Source of the DNA: Lysobacterales bacterium
Lineage (GTDB): Bacteria > Pseudomonadota > Gammaproteobacteria > Xanthomonadales > Rhodanobacteraceae
DNA: 64,000 nt
NCBI GenBank assembly: GCA_017302215.1
Contig: JAFLDX010000001.1
Location: 517-64,516, forward strand
Direction of reading: 5' to 3'
Shown here: positions 44,228-55,877 of the stretch, in pieces
Layout of the letters: the number at the start of each line of letters is the position of its first letter
Position numbering within the stretch: position 1 is the first letter of the stretch
Made by a program: the position numbers and the translations under genes
Notes under the pieces: model-generated
Told to the model about the DNA's origin: nothing
Database searches by the model: none
Seen by the model: only the letters and a program-made list of their open reading frames with translations

Positions 44228-46132
44228 ATGGTCAACATCACTCTTCCCGACGGCAGCGTGCGCCAGTTCGACGCACCGGTCAGCGTGCAGGACGTCGCCG
44301 CCTCGATCGGCGCGGGCCTGGCCAAGGCCACGGTCGCCGGCAAGGTCGACGGCCGCCTGGTCGATGCCAGCGACCGCATCGAGCATGACGCGAAGCTGCA
44401 GATCATCACGCCGAAGGACGAGGAGGGCATCGAGATCATCCGCCACTCCTGCGCGCACCTGGTCGGACACGCGGTCAAGCAGCTTTATCCGACCGCGAAG
44501 ATGGTGATCGGCCCGGTCATCGAGGAAGGTTTCTACTACGACATCTGGTACGAACGGCCGTTCACGCCGGAAGACCTCGCCGCGATCGAGCGGCGCATGG
44601 TCGAGCTCATCGACAGGGACTACGACGTCGTCAAGAAGATGACGCCGCGCGACGAGGTCGTCGCCGTGTTCAAGGCACGCGGCGAGGATTACAAGCTGCG
44701 CCTGATCGACGACATGCCGGGCGAGAAGGCGATGGGCCTGTACTGGCACGAGGAGTACGTCGACATGTGCCGCGGCCCGCACGTGCCGAATACGCGCTTC
44801 CTGAAGGCATTCAAGCTCACACGCATCTCCGGAGCCTACTGGCGCGGCGACGCGAAGAACGAGCAGCTGCAGCGCATTTACGGCACGGCCTGGGCCGACC
44901 GGAAGCAGCTCGCGGCGTACATCACGCGCATCGAGGAGGCCGAGAAGCGCGACCACCGCAAGCTCGGCAAGCAGCTCGACCTGTTCCACCTGCAGGAAGA
45001 AGCGCCGGGCCTCGTGTTCTGGCACCCGAAGGGCTGGCAGCTCTGGCAGGTCGTGGAGCAGTACATGCGCCGGGTCTACCGTGATGCGGGCTACCAGGAG
45101 ATCCGCTGCCCGCAGATCCTCGACAAGTCGCTGTGGGAAAAGACCGGGCATTGGCAGAACTACCGCGAGAACATGTTCACCACGGCCTCCGAGAACCGCG
45201 ACTACGCGCTCAAGCCGATGAACTGCCCGGGCCACGTGCTCGTCTACAACCACGGCCTGCACAGCTACCGTGAACTGCCGATCCGCTATGGCGAGTTCGG
45301 TTCGTGCACGCGCAACGAGCCCTCGGGCGCGTTGCACGGCCTGATGCGCGTGCGCGGCTTCGTCCAGGACGATGGCCACATCTTCTGCACGGAAGACCAG
45401 ATCGAGTCCGAAGTCGTCGCGTTCCACCGCCAGGCGATGGCGGTCTACGCGCATTTCGGCTTCAGCGAGATCGCCCTGAAGATCGCCTTGCGCCCGGACA
45501 GCCGCATCGGTTCCGACGAGACCTGGGACAAGGCCGAGGAGACCCTGCGTGCAGCCCTGCGCGTGTCGGGGGTCGAATGGCAGGAACTGCCGGGCGAGGG
45601 CGCGTTCTACGGCCCGAAGATCGAGTACCACATGCGCGACTCGCTCGGCCGGGCCTGGCAGGTCGGCACGATGCAGGTCGACTTCTCGATGCCGGGCCGG
45701 CTCGGCGCCGAGTACGTCGGCGAGGATTCGGCCCGGCACACGCCGGTCATGTTGCACCGGGCGATCGTCGGCTCGATGGAGCGCTTCATCGGCATCCTGA
45801 TCGAGCACCATGCCGGCCAGTTCCCGGCCTGGCTGGCGCCGGTCCAGGCGGTCGTGCTGAACATCACCGATGCGCAGGCCGATTTCGCCGCCGAGGTCGC
45901 GCAAACCCTTGTGGCGCAAGGCTTCCGCGTACAGGCGGATTTGCGAAACGAAAAGATCGGCTATAAAATCCGCGAACACACGCTCGACAAGGTTCCCTAT
46001 CTACTGGTCATCGGTGACCGGGAAAAGGAGACGGGGGCCGTTTCCGTGCGTGCGCGATCGGGCGAAGACCTCGGTACTTTCAAGGTCCTGGACTTCGCCG
46101 AACACTTGAGATCCGGGCTGGCCGCGACCTGA
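44228..46132 (+). CDS. thrS: Threonine--tRNA ligase
   Basis: [28 protein letters not shown] is canonical (TGS domain), followed by the class II core and anticodon-binding domain. Confidence 0.97.
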   Translation: MVNITLPDGSVRQFDAPVSVQDVAASIGAGLAKATVAGKVDGRLVDASDRIEHDAKLQIITPKDEEGIEIIRHSCAHLVGHAVKQLYPTAKMVIGPVIEEGFYYDIWYERPFTPEDLAAIERRMVELIDRDYDVVKKMTPRDEVVAVFKARGEDYKLRLIDDMPGEKAMGLYWHEEYVDMCRGPHVPNTRFLKAFKLTRISGAYWRGDAKNEQLQRIYGTAWADRKQLAAYITRIEEAEKRDHRKLGKQLDLFHLQEEAPGLVFWHPKGWQLWQVVEQYMRRVYRDAGYQEIRCPQILDKSLWEKTGHWQNYRENMFTTASENRDYALKPMNCPGHVLVYNHGLHSYRELPIRYGEFGSCTRNEPSGALHGLMRVRGFVQDDGHIFCTEDQIESEVVAFHRQAMAVYAHFGFSEIALKIALRPDSRIGSDETWDKAEETLRAALRVSGVEWQELPGEGAFYGPKIEYHMRDSLGRAWQVGTMQVDFSMPGRLGAEYVGEDSARHTPVMLHRAIVGSMERFIGILIEHHAGQFPAWLAPVQAVVLNITDAQADFAAEVAQTLVAQGFRVQADLRNEKIGYKIREHTLDKVPYLLVIGDREKETGAVSVRARSGEDLGTFKVLDFAEHLRSGLAAT

Positions 46133-46174
46133 TCGGGCCGGTCCGGGACACCGTAAACGAGCGGGAGACGCAGT

Positions 46175-46696
46175 ATCGCAACCGAAAAGGCCAACCGCAG
46201 GAACCACGAGATCCGTGTCCCGCGGGTGCGTGTCATCGGCGCCGACGGAGAGCAGGTCGGCGTGCTCTCGCGCGACGAGGCGCTCGGCATGGCGCAGGAG
46301 CTCGGACTGGACCTCGTCGAGATCCAGCCGACCGCCGATCCACCGGTCTGCCGCATCATGGACTTCGGCAAGTTCAAGTTCGATGCGCAGAAGAAGGCGC
46401 ATGCAGCAAAGAAGAAGCAGAAGCAGGTCGAGATCAAGGAACTGAAGTTCCGTCCCACGACCGATGTCGGCGACTACGCGATCAAGCTGCGCAACCTGCG
46501 CCGCTTCCTCGAGGAAGGCGACAAGGTGAAGATCACGGTGCGTTTCCGTGGTCGCGAGATGGCCCACCAGGAACTCGGCGACGCGATGGTCAAGAAGATC
46601 GCCGCGGACATCGCCGAGGAGGCGGTCATCGAGCAGTATCCGCGCATGGAAGGGCGCCTCATGGTCATGATGATCGCGCCGAAGAAGAAGCAGTAG
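46175..46696 (+). CDS. infC: Translation initiation factor IF-3 (probable non-canonical ATC start)
   Basis: ...[21 protein letters not shown]...[14 protein letters not shown]...[16 protein letters not shown]... is colinear with E. coli IF3. No ATG, GTG or TTG lies between the in-frame TAA at 46154 and GTG 46226. GGGAGA lies 6 nt before ATC 46175. Confidence 0.8.
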   Translation: MATEKANRRNHEIRVPRVRVIGADGEQVGVLSRDEALGMAQELGLDLVEIQPTADPPVCRIMDFGKFKFDAQKKAHAAKKKQKQVEIKELKFRPTTDVGDYAIKLRNLRRFLEEGDKVKITVRFRGREMAHQELGDAMVKKIAADIAEEAVIEQYPRMEGRLMVMMIAPKKKQ

Positions 46697-46707
46697 CTTT
46701 CATGAAG

Positions 46708-46886
46708 AGTGCGGTCAGGACGACCGCTTTTTGATCCTCGCGATCAGGGACGAGCGCAAAAGTCTAGAACAGTGCGGTCAGGACGACCGCTTTTTGATCC
46801 TCGCGATCAGGGACGAGCGCAAAAGTCTAGAACAGTGCGGTCAGGACGACCGCTTTTTGATCCTCGCGACCAGGGACGAGCGCAGA
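46708..46886 (+). repeat. Tandem repeat, 63-bp unit x about 2.8 (copies at 46708, 46771 and 46834)
   Basis: Copies 1 and 2 are identical; copy 3 diverges near its 3' end. Each copy contains GCGGTC-AGGAC-GACCGC plus TTTTT. Confidence 0.95.
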
Positions 46887-47000
46887 AAACCAGGACAAGA
46901 CCCGGATTCCGGGTCGCACACGCCGGAACGAGCAGGATGGAAAGTGCGGGAACACCCCGCCGCTCGTGCCAGTAACGAAGAGAACCTAAGGAGTCGGGCC

Positions 47001-47198
47001 ATGCCCAAGATGAAGACCAACCGGGCCGCTGCGAAGCGGTTCCGCAAGACCGCATCCGGCAAGTTCAAGTGCGGACACGCGTTCAAGAGCCACATCCTCA
47101 CCAAGAAGTCGACGAAGCGCAAACGCAACCTCCGCGGGACGAATCACGTCCGCGCCGAGGACGCCGGTCGCGTCGCCCGCATGCTTCCGTACCTGTAA
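47001..47198 (+). CDS. rpmI: 50S ribosomal protein L35
   Basis: [23 protein letters not shown] is canonical L35; AAGGAG RBS. Confidence 0.95.
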   Translation: MPKMKTNRAAAKRFRKTASGKFKCGHAFKSHILTKKSTKRKRNLRGTNHVRAEDAGRVARMLPYL

Positions 47199-47211
47199 GG
47201 AGGACTGACCC

Positions 47212-47571
47212 ATGGCACGAGTCAAGCGTGGCGTCACCGCCCACCGCAGGCACCGCAAGCTCATTTCGCGCGCGAAGGGCTACTACAACGCGCGCCGCAA
47301 GGTTTACCGCGTCGCCAAGCAGGCCGTCATCAAGGCGCAGCAGTACGCCTACATCGGTCGCAAGCAGCGCAAGCGCCAGTTCCGCGCGTTGTGGATCGTG
47401 CGCATCAATGCCGGTGCGCGCATGTACGGCCTCAGCTACAGCCGGCTGATGAATGGCCTCAAGAAGGCCGACATCAACGTCGACCGCAAGGTGCTCGCGG
47501 ATATCGCCGTCCACGACATCAAGGCGTTCGGCGCGCTCGCCGAGAAGGCCAAGGCTGCCCTGGCTGCGTAA
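47212..47571 (+). CDS. rplT: 50S ribosomal protein L20
   Basis: [25 protein letters not shown] is canonical L20. Confidence 0.97.
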   Translation: MARVKRGVTAHRRHRKLISRAKGYYNARRKVYRVAKQAVIKAQQYAYIGRKQRKRQFRALWIVRINAGARMYGLSYSRLMNGLKKADINVDRKVLADIAVHDIKAFGALAEKAKAALAA

Positions 47572-47602
47572 AGCCACCGCGGTGCCTGCGCGCCGACGGT
47601 GA

Positions 47603-48667
<1,065 letters not shown>

Positions 48668-48715
48668 GCACCGCCGAACGGCGGTCCGCACTCCACGTTG
48701 CATCGGAACCCGAGC

Positions 48716-51094
48716 ATGAAATTCAGCGAGAACTGGCTGCGCGAGCTGGTCGACATTCCGGTCGACGGTGCCGCGCTGGTGCGGAAGTTGACGATGAGCG
48801 GCCTCGAAGTCGAGGAAGCCGTCGTCCTCGGAGCGGGACTCGACGGCATTGTCGTCGGCGAGATCGTCTCCGCCGAACGCCATCCCGACGCCGACAAGCT
48901 CCAGGTCTGCCGCGTCGACATCGGCCGCGGCGAGCCGCTGCAGATCGTCTGCGGCGCGCCGAACGCGCGGGTCGGCCTCAAGGCGCCATTGGCGACGATC
49001 GGCACGACCGTCGGTGCCCTCACGATCAAGGCGGCGAAGCTGCGCGGCGTCGAGTCGAGCGGCATGCTGTGCTCGGCGAGGGAGCTCGGTCTCGACGCCG
49101 ATGCCGGCGGCCTGCTCGAGCTGTCCGCCGATGCCGTGCCGGGCCAGGCCCTGGCCGCGCATCTCGGCCTGCCCGACACGATGATCGAACTCGGTCTGAC
49201 GCCGAACCGCCCGGACTGCCTCGGCCTGCGCGGGCTCGCGCGCGAGGTCGCCGCCGAATTCGGCACGAAGACGCACTTGCCGGCCGAAGAACTCGTGCCG
49301 GCGACGCACGACGGCGTGCTCGCGGTACGGCTCGACGCGCCGCGCGATTGCCCGCTTTACTGCGGTCGCCTGCTGCGCGGCCTCGATTCGAATGCGTCGT
49401 CGCCAGCCTGGCTGGTGGAACGCCTGCGCCGCTCGGGCCTGCGTCCGATCAGTGCGCTCGTCGATGTCACCAACTACGTGATGATCGAAACCGGCCAGCC
49501 CCTGCATGCCTTCGACGCCGGTCGCGTGGAAGGTTCGATCGTCGTGCGCCGCGCCGCGGCCGGCGAACGACTGGCCTTGCTCGACGAACGCGTCGTCGAG
49601 CTGGCCGACGATGTCCTCGTCATCGCCGACGAGCGCAAGGCGCTGGCCCTGGCCGGCATCATGGGCGGTTTCGAATCACGCGTGACCACGACGACCACGG
49701 ATGTCTTTCTCGAGGCGGCCCACTTCGCGCCGGCGGCGATCGGCGGGCGCGCACGTCGGCTCGGCCTGCACACGGATGCCTCGCATCGCTTCGAGCGCGG
49801 CGTGGATGCCGATCTGCCGCGCCTCGCGATCGAGCGCGCCACCGCGCTGCTGCTCGCCATCGCCGGTGGAAGCGCCGGCCGCGTCGTCGAGGCGGTCGCC
49901 GCGCAGTACATCCCGCAGCGCGCGCCGGTGCGCCTGCGCCGGGCGCGCCTCGAGCGCATCCTCGGCGTGTCGATCGACGATGCCGAGGTCATGCGCATCC
50001 TCGCCGCGATCGGCGCCGGCGCAGCGGCGACCGAGCAGGGCTGGGCCATCACGCCGCCGGCGGCGCGTTTCGACCTCGCCATCGAGGAGGACCTGATCGA
50101 GGAGGTCGCGCGCCTGCACGGTTACGACAACATCCCGTCGCGCGCGCCGCGCGGCGAGATCAGCCCGCCGCCGGTTCCCGAGGGGCGCGTGGCCATTGCC
50201 GCCATGCGCGACCAGCTCGTCGCGCGCGACTATGCCGAGGCGATCACCTACGCCTTCGTCGGTGGCGATCTGCTCGAGACCTGGGGACTCACCGACGGCG
50301 GCATCGCGCTGGCCAATCCGATCTCGGCCGAGCTCGCGGTGATGCGCACGAGCCTGTTGCCCGGACTGGTCGCGGCGCTCGCGGCGAACCTCGCGCGCCA
50401 GCAGGAGCGCGTGCGCCTGTTCGAGATCGGTCGGCGTTACATCGCGGGCGACCCGTCACCGGTCGAAACCCGGCGCATCGCGGGTGTCGCCACCGGGCCG
50501 GCGGTCGCCACGCAATGGAGCGAGCCGGCACGCGCTCTCGACTTCTTCGACATCAAGGGCGATGTCGAGTCGCTGCTTGCCCTGGCCGGTGCCGCGTCCG
50601 ACGACGTCGCGTTCCGGGCCGGCGGCCCGGCCTGGCTGCATCCGGGTCGCTCGGCCACCGTGCTGCGTGGCGAGGTCGTGCTCGGCCACGTCGGGGCGCT
50701 CGCCCCGCGCCTGCAGAAGGCGCTCGATCTCGGTGTCGATGTGTACGCGTTCGATCTCGACGTCGATGGGCTCGCCGCGCGCACGCTGCCGGTCGCCGCT
50801 GCGCTTTCGCGCTTTCCGTCCGTGCGCCGCGACCTGTCCTTCACGCTGCCGGCCACGGTCGCCTGGGCCGAGGTCGAGGAGGCCCTGCGCGCGGCGGTCG
50901 GTCCGTTGCTGGTCGATGTGTTCGTGTTCGACCAGTACCTCGGACCCAACCTCGGCGAAGGTGTCAAGAGTCTCGCTACAGGCTTGATTTTGCAGGATGG
51001 TTCACGCACCCTAACCGATCAGGACGCAGACCGGTGCGTCGCTCTGGCCGTCGCCGCGTTGCAGACGGGTTACAAAGCAAAGTTGCGAGGGTAG
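48716..51094 (+). CDS. pheT: Phenylalanine--tRNA ligase beta subunit
   Basis: [13 protein letters not shown] is a canonical start; 792 aa; tRNA-binding, B3/4, B5 and FDX-ACB regions in order. Confidence 0.96.
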   Translation: MKFSENWLRELVDIPVDGAALVRKLTMSGLEVEEAVVLGAGLDGIVVGEIVSAERHPDADKLQVCRVDIGRGEPLQIVCGAPNARVGLKAPLATIGTTVGALTIKAAKLRGVESSGMLCSARELGLDADAGGLLELSADAVPGQALAAHLGLPDTMIELGLTPNRPDCLGLRGLAREVAAEFGTKTHLPAEELVPATHDGVLAVRLDAPRDCPLYCGRLLRGLDSNASSPAWLVERLRRSGLRPISALVDVTNYVMIETGQPLHAFDAGRVEGSIVVRRAAAGERLALLDERVVELADDVLVIADERKALALAGIMGGFESRVTTTTTDVFLEAAHFAPAAIGGRARRLGLHTDASHRFERGVDADLPRLAIERATALLLAIAGGSAGRVVEAVAAQYIPQRAPVRLRRARLERILGVSIDDAEVMRILAAIGAGAAATEQGWAITPPAARFDLAIEEDLIEEVARLHGYDNIPSRAPRGEISPPPVPEGRVAIAAMRDQLVARDYAEAITYAFVGGDLLETWGLTDGGIALANPISAELAVMRTSLLPGLVAALAANLARQQERVRLFEIGRRYIAGDPSPVETRRIAGVATGPAVATQWSEPARALDFFDIKGDVESLLALAGAASDDVAFRAGGPAWLHPGRSATVLRGEVVLGHVGALAPRLQKALDLGVDVYAFDLDVDGLAARTLPVAAALSRFPSVRRDLSFTLPATVAWAEVEEALRAAVGPLLVDVFVFDQYLGPNLGEGVKSLATGLILQDGSRTLTDQDADRCVALAVAALQTGYKAKLRG

Positions 51095-51095
51095 G

Positions 51096-51398
51096 ATGGC
51101 GCTGACGAAGGCGGAGATGGCGGAGCGTCTGTTCTCGGACGTCGGTCTGAACAAGCGTGAAGCCAAGGAATTCGTCGACGCGTTCTTCGAGTCGGTGCGC
51201 GACGCATTGGAAAGGGGGGAGCAGGTCAAGCTGTCGGGGTTCGGCAATTTCGACCTGCGGTTCAAGAACCAGCGTCCCGGGCGTAATCCCAAGACCGGCG
51301 AGGAGATCCCGATCTCCGCGCGGCGGGTGGTTACATTCAGGCCGGGGCAAAAACTGAAGGTCCGGGTCGAAGCGTATGCTGGATCAGGGGAGCAATAG
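51096..51398 (+). CDS. ihfA: Integration host factor subunit alpha
   Basis: [32 protein letters not shown]...GFGNFDLR...[10 protein letters not shown]. Confidence 0.95.
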   Translation: MALTKAEMAERLFSDVGLNKREAKEFVDAFFESVRDALERGEQVKLSGFGNFDLRFKNQRPGRNPKTGEEIPISARRVVTFRPGQKLKVRVEAYAGSGEQ

Positions 51399-51732
51399 CG
51401 AACTGCCGGCCATTCCCGCGAAGCGGTATTTCGCGATTGGCGAGGTCAGCGAGCTGTGCGGCGTGAAGCCGCACGTGCTGCGTTACTGGGAGCAGGAGTT
51501 CCCCAATCTCAAGCCGGTCAAGCGACGCGGGAACCGCCGCTATTACCAGCGCCACGACGTGCTGATGATCCGCCAGATCCGCTCGCTGCTGTACGAGCAG
51601 GGCTTCACCATCACGGGTGCACGCCAACGACTGGAAGGCCCGCAGGCGCGCATGGAAGTCAGCATTTCCGGCCAGATCGCGCGTCAGGTCCGCATGGAAC
51701 TCGAGGAAGTCCTGCAGATCCTGCGGCGCTGA
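51376..51732 (+). CDS. MerR-family transcriptional regulator (ihfA-linked type)
   Basis: [48 protein letters not shown]; overlaps the ihfA 3' end. Confidence 0.85.
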   Translation: MLDQGSNSELPAIPAKRYFAIGEVSELCGVKPHVLRYWEQEFPNLKPVKRRGNRRYYQRHDVLMIRQIRSLLYEQGFTITGARQRLEGPQARMEVSISGQIARQVRMELEEVLQILRR

Positions 51733-51767
51733 GCGCCGCCTGCCGGGCGCGCGCGGTTGCGCCGGCC

Positions 51768-51776
51768 TGCTACAAT
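51768..51776 (+). promoter_or_regulatory. Candidate extended -10 element (TGcTACAAT) for tRNA-Pro
   Basis: TGnTACAAT lies 33 nt upstream of the tRNA-Pro 5' end; no good -35; pattern match only. Confidence 0.3.
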
Positions 51777-51809
51777 CCGCGCCCCCGCGGCGAGCGGCAA
51801 GCGAAGATT

Positions 51810-51886
51810 CGGGGCGTAGCGCAGTCTGGTAGCGCACCTGCCTGGGGGGCAGGGGGTCGTGGGTTCGAATCCCGCCGTCCCGACCA
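51810..51886 (+). tRNA. tRNA-Pro (anticodon GGG)
   Basis: CGGGGCG/CGTCCCG acceptor, anticodon stem CCTGC/GCAGG with loop CTGGGGG, T-arm GTGGG-TTCGAAT-CCCGC, CCA. Confidence 0.93.
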
Positions 51887-51954
51887 ATCCGCCGTGCATC
51901 GCCATCCTCGTGGCCGTCGCATCAACTCGCGGCCCACAGCATCCGAGGTCACCC

Positions 51955-52842
51955 GTGGCAACTCGACGCGGCATCATCCTCGCCGGCGGTTCCGGCACAC
52001 GCCTGTATCCGCTGACCCAGGCGGTCAGCAAGCAGCTGCTGCCGGTCTACGACAAGCCGATGATCTACTACCCGCTCAGCACGCTCATGCTCGCGGGCAT
52101 ACGCGACGTGCTCGTCATCAACACGCCCCACGAGCAGGCCCTGTTCGAGCGCCTGCTCGGCGACGGCTCGCAATGGGGCATGTCGATCCGCTACGCGGTG
52201 CAGCCTTCGCCGGACGGCCTGGCCCAGGCGTACGTGATCGGCCGCGACTTCGTCGGCGGTAAGCCGAGCTGCCTGATCCTCGGCGACAACATCTTCTACG
52301 GCCACGGCCTGAAGGAACTGCTCGCCGCCGCGGACGCGCGCACGCACGGGGCGACCGTGTTCGGCTACCGCGTGCGCGATCCGGAACGCTACGGCGTGGC
52401 CGCCTTCGATGGCGCCGGTCGGGTCGTCGGACTCGAGGAGAAGCCGGCGCAACCGAAGTCGAACTGGGCAGTCACCGGACTCTATTTCCATGACGGCCGC
52501 GCAGCCGATTTCGCCGCCAGCCTCGCTCCGTCGCCGCGTGGCGAGCTCGAGATCACCGACCTCAATCGCTGCTATCTCGACGATGCCAGCCTCATGCTCG
52601 AACGCATGGGCCGCGGCTTCGCCTGGCTCGATACCGGCACGCATGATTCACTGGTCGAGGCATCGAGCTACATCGAGACGATCGAGAACCGCCAGGGACT
52701 CAAGGTCTGCTGTCCCGAGGAGGTCGCCTTCCTCAACCACTGGATCGATGCCGAACAAGTGTTGCGCCTCGCCGCGCCGCTCGCGAAGAACGCCTATGGC
52801 CAGTACCTGCAGCAACTCGTGCGCGAGAGGCGCGAGGCATGA
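51955..52842 (+). CDS. rmlA: Glucose-1-phosphate thymidylyltransferase
   Basis: GTG 51955 (GAGG 6 nt upstream); (M)[41 protein letters not shown] is canonical RmlA. Confidence 0.93.
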   Translation: MATRRGIILAGGSGTRLYPLTQAVSKQLLPVYDKPMIYYPLSTLMLAGIRDVLVINTPHEQALFERLLGDGSQWGMSIRYAVQPSPDGLAQAYVIGRDFVGGKPSCLILGDNIFYGHGLKELLAAADARTHGATVFGYRVRDPERYGVAAFDGAGRVVGLEEKPAQPKSNWAVTGLYFHDGRAADFAASLAPSPRGELEITDLNRCYLDDASLMLERMGRGFAWLDTGTHDSLVEASSYIETIENRQGLKVCCPEEVAFLNHWIDAEQVLRLAAPLAKNAYGQYLQQLVRERREA

Positions 52843-53393
52843 AGGTCATGGCGACGAGCCTGCCCGGCTGCCTCGTGATCGAGCCGGTCGTGCACGGCGA
52901 CGCGCGTGGATTCTTCTACGAGAGTTTCAATGCGGCGCGCTTCGCCGAACACGGCATCGACGCCGCCTTCGTGCAGACCAATGTCTCGCGATCGGCGCAC
53001 GGCGTGCTGCGCGGCCTGCACCACCAATGGCCGAATCCGCAGGGCAAGCTGGTCAGCGTGCTCGAGGGCGAGGTCTACGATGTGGCGGTCGACATCCGGG
53101 TCGGCTCGCCGACGTTCGGGCAATGGACCGCCGTGATCCTGTCGGAAGCCAACAAGCGCCATTTCTGGATTCCGCCGGGCTTCGCGCACGGATTCGCCGT
53201 GCTGTCCGACCACGCCACGTTCGTCTACCAGTGCACGACGCTCTACGACGGTGCCGCCGATGCGGCGATCCGCTGGAACGATGCCGATCTCGCGATCGAC
53301 TGGCCGCTCGCATCGCCCGTCCTGTCGGACAAGGACCGCACGGCACCGTTCCTCGCCGACGTGCCGCGCGGCAGATTGCCGACGTACGCATGA
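52839..53393 (+). CDS. rmlC: dTDP-4-dehydrorhamnose 3,5-epimerase
   Basis: [24 protein letters not shown]...RGLHHQ...; ATGA overlap with rmlA. Confidence 0.93.
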   Translation: MKVMATSLPGCLVIEPVVHGDARGFFYESFNAARFAEHGIDAAFVQTNVSRSAHGVLRGLHHQWPNPQGKLVSVLEGEVYDVAVDIRVGSPTFGQWTAVILSEANKRHFWIPPGFAHGFAVLSDHATFVYQCTTLYDGAADAAIRWNDADLAIDWPLASPVLSDKDRTAPFLADVPRGRLPTYA

Positions 53394-53436
53394 TGGCGAC
53401 CTTCCCCGCCGATCCGGTCGTCGCGCAGCGTCCGCG

Positions 53437-54375
53437 ATGAAGCTGCTGCTGCTCGGTGCCAACGGCCAGGTCGGGCATGCCTTGCTCGATCCGCTGGCTC
53501 GGCTCGGCGATGTCGTCGCGGCGACGCGTGACGGCCGGCGCGAAGACGGCTCCGGCTGCCTCGCCGCCGATCTGGCCGATCCGCAGTCGCTGGCCCATGC
53601 GCTCGACGAGAGCGATGCCGACGTCGTCGTCAACGCCGCCGCCCATACCGCCGTCGATCGCGCCGAAGACGAGCCAGAACTCGCGGACCGCGTCAACCAC
53701 TACGCCGTCGCCGAAATCGGCGCGTGGGCGGCGCGTCGCAAGGCGCTCGTCGTCCACTACTCGACCGACTACGTGTTCGACGGTCGCGCGACGCGCCCAT
53801 ACCGCGAGGACGATGCGACGGGTCCGCTCGGCGTCTACGGCCGGACCAAGCTCGCCGGAGAAGTCGCGCTGCGTGCGAGCGGCGCGCAACACCTGCTGAT
53901 GCGCACGGCCTGGGTGCATTCGGCGACGGGCCACAATTTCGTGCGCACGATGCTGCGCCTGGCTGCAGAACGCGAAGTCCTGCGCGTCGTCGCCGACCAG
54001 GTCGGGTCGCCGACGCCGGCGCACTGGATCGCGGCGGCGAGCGCGCGCATCGTCGCGCACTGGTCGCGGCTCGACGCGGCCGATCGCCGCCAGGCCTGCG
54101 GGACCTACCATCTCGCCGCGGCCTCGCGCTGCAGCTGGCACGATTTCGCCGTCGCGATCTTCGACGGCGCCGCGCAGCGCGGACTGATCGCGCGTGCGCC
54201 GCGCGTCGAGGCGATCGCCACGTCCGATTACCCGACCCGTACGGGTCGCCCGGCCTGGTCGGTGCTCGACACGACCAAGCTCGCGCTCGTGTTCGGGGTA
54301 CACTTGCCGTCTTGGGAGCAGGGACTGCGCGAGGTACTCGACGAACTCGCGTCCACACCAGGAGCCGCACCATGA
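53437..54375 (+). CDS. rmlD: dTDP-4-dehydrorhamnose reductase
   Basis: MKLLLLGANGQVGHAL...NAAAHTAVDRAE...YSTDYVFDG...YGRTKLAGE. Confidence 0.9.
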   Translation: MKLLLLGANGQVGHALLDPLARLGDVVAATRDGRREDGSGCLAADLADPQSLAHALDESDADVVVNAAAHTAVDRAEDEPELADRVNHYAVAEIGAWAARRKALVVHYSTDYVFDGRATRPYREDDATGPLGVYGRTKLAGEVALRASGAQHLLMRTAWVHSATGHNFVRTMLRLAAEREVLRVVADQVGSPTPAHWIAAASARIVAHWSRLDAADRRQACGTYHLAAASRCSWHDFAVAIFDGAAQRGLIARAPRVEAIATSDYPTRTGRPAWSVLDTTKLALVFGVHLPSWEQGLREVLDELASTPGAAP

Positions 54376-55811
54376 TCGTTCCCGTGATCCTCTCCGGCGG
54401 TGCCGGAACCCGACTCTGGCCGGTTTCGCGCAGCGCCTACCCTAAGCCGTTCATGCGCATGGGCGACGGCCGCTCGCTGCTCTACAAGACGCTCGATCGC
54501 GCGCTGGCGCTTGCCGACGGTGGTCCCGTCCTGACCGTGACGGGCCGCGACTACTACTTCCTGACGCGTGACGAATACGCGCTGCATCCGCGCGCCGACC
54601 TCGACCGCCTGCCGTTCCTGCTCGAACCGGCCGGGCGCAACACCGCGCCGGCCGTCGTGCTCGCCGCACTGCACGCACTCGATCAGGTCGGCAGCGAGGC
54701 GATCCTGCTCGTGCTGCCGGCCGATCACCTGATCCGCGATCTCGATGCCTTCGCCGCCGATGCGCGGCGTGCCGCCGACCTCGCCGCCGACGGCTGGCTC
54801 GTCACGTTCGGCATCCGACCGAGCCATCCCGAGACCGGCTTCGGCTATCTGCGCATGGGTAGTGCGATCGCAGGCCGCGGTGGCCGCGAGGTCGCTGCGT
54901 TCGTCGAGAAGCCGAATCGCGAAACCGCCGAGAGCTACGTCGCCTCGGGCGACTACGTTTGGAACTCGGGCATGTTCTGCTTCCGCGCCGACGCGCTCGT
55001 CGCGGCCGCCGAGCAGGCCTGTCCGGATCTGCTCGCCGCGGCGCGCGCCTGCCACGCGAGCGAGAAGAGCCAGATAAGTCCGGTCGAGTTCGAGCGCGAA
55101 GCCTTTCTCGCCCAGCCCGATATCTCGATCGACTACGCGATCATGGAGCGCGCCGCGCGCGTCGCCGTCGTCCCGGCTTCGTTCGACTGGAGCGACATCG
55201 GCTCGTGGAAGGCGGTCAGCGACATGGATGCCGAGGCCGACGCCGACGGCAACCGCGTGCAGGGCCAGGCCGTCATCGTCGAGAGTACGAACTGTTACAT
55301 CCAGTCCGATGCACGCATGGTCGCCGCGGTCGGCGTGCGCAATCTCGTCATCGTCGACACCGGCGATGCGGTGCTGGTCGCCGACCGCGAGCGCGCGCAA
55401 CAGGTCAAGGTCGTCGTCGACCGCCTGCGCGCGAGCAATCACCAGGCCGCCGCCTTCCACACGACCGTGCACCGGCCGTGGGGCAGCTACACGATCCTCG
55501 AGGATGCCGACGACTGCAAGGTCAAGCGCCTGACCGTCAAGCCGGGTCACGTGCTCTCGTTGCAGCTGCACAACCGGCGCAGCGAGCACTGGACCGTCGT
55601 GCGCGGCACGGCGAAGGTGCGCATCGGCGAGAAGGAGTTCCTGCTCGAGGCCAACCAGTCGGCCTACATCCCGATGAACACCGTGCATCGTCTCGAGAAT
55701 CCGACCGCCGAGGACATCCACCTGATCGAGGTGCAATGCGGCGACTACTTCGGCGAGGACGACATCGTGCGTCTCGAGGATCGCTACGGGCGCGTCAAGA
55801 GCAAGGTGTGA
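54372..55811 (+). CDS. manC: Mannose-1-phosphate guanylyltransferase / mannose-6-phosphate isomerase (bifunctional, XanB/ManC type)
   Basis: MIVPVILSGGAGTRLWPVSR...; C-terminal cupin RPWGSYTILE...HWTVVRGTAKV; ATGA overlap with rmlD. Confidence 0.92.
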   Translation: MIVPVILSGGAGTRLWPVSRSAYPKPFMRMGDGRSLLYKTLDRALALADGGPVLTVTGRDYYFLTRDEYALHPRADLDRLPFLLEPAGRNTAPAVVLAALHALDQVGSEAILLVLPADHLIRDLDAFAADARRAADLAADGWLVTFGIRPSHPETGFGYLRMGSAIAGRGGREVAAFVEKPNRETAESYVASGDYVWNSGMFCFRADALVAAAEQACPDLLAAARACHASEKSQISPVEFEREAFLAQPDISIDYAIMERAARVAVVPASFDWSDIGSWKAVSDMDAEADADGNRVQGQAVIVESTNCYIQSDARMVAAVGVRNLVIVDTGDAVLVADRERAQQVKVVVDRLRASNHQAAAFHTTVHRPWGSYTILEDADDCKVKRLTVKPGHVLSLQLHNRRSEHWTVVRGTAKVRIGEKEFLLEANQSAYIPMNTVHRLENPTAEDIHLIEVQCGDYFGEDDIVRLEDRYGRVKSKV

Positions 55812-55877
55812 CACGCGAGGTTTGCAGGCCCGCCGCGGCCCGACGCGGCATCCATCCACTTCGATAGGGAAATTGCC

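Noticed and set aside
46708-46886. CRISPR-array interpretation of the three 63-bp repeats.
   Set aside because: The copies are directly contiguous with no unique spacers. The unit is far longer than a CRISPR repeat, and no cas genes or leader are present.
46709-47198. ORFs 46709..46975 and 46731..47198, with the peptide [21 protein letters not shown] repeated three times.
   Set aside because: The periodic peptide is a by-product of the 63-bp (3 x 21 codon) DNA repeat. There is no RBS, and the only real coding part of the second ORF is rpmI from ATG 47001.
51887-55811. rml/manC block as a genomic island integrated at tRNA-Pro.
   Set aside because: I could find no integrase and no direct repeat of the tRNA 3' end downstream. 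Composition and codon usage look the same as the surrounding core genes.
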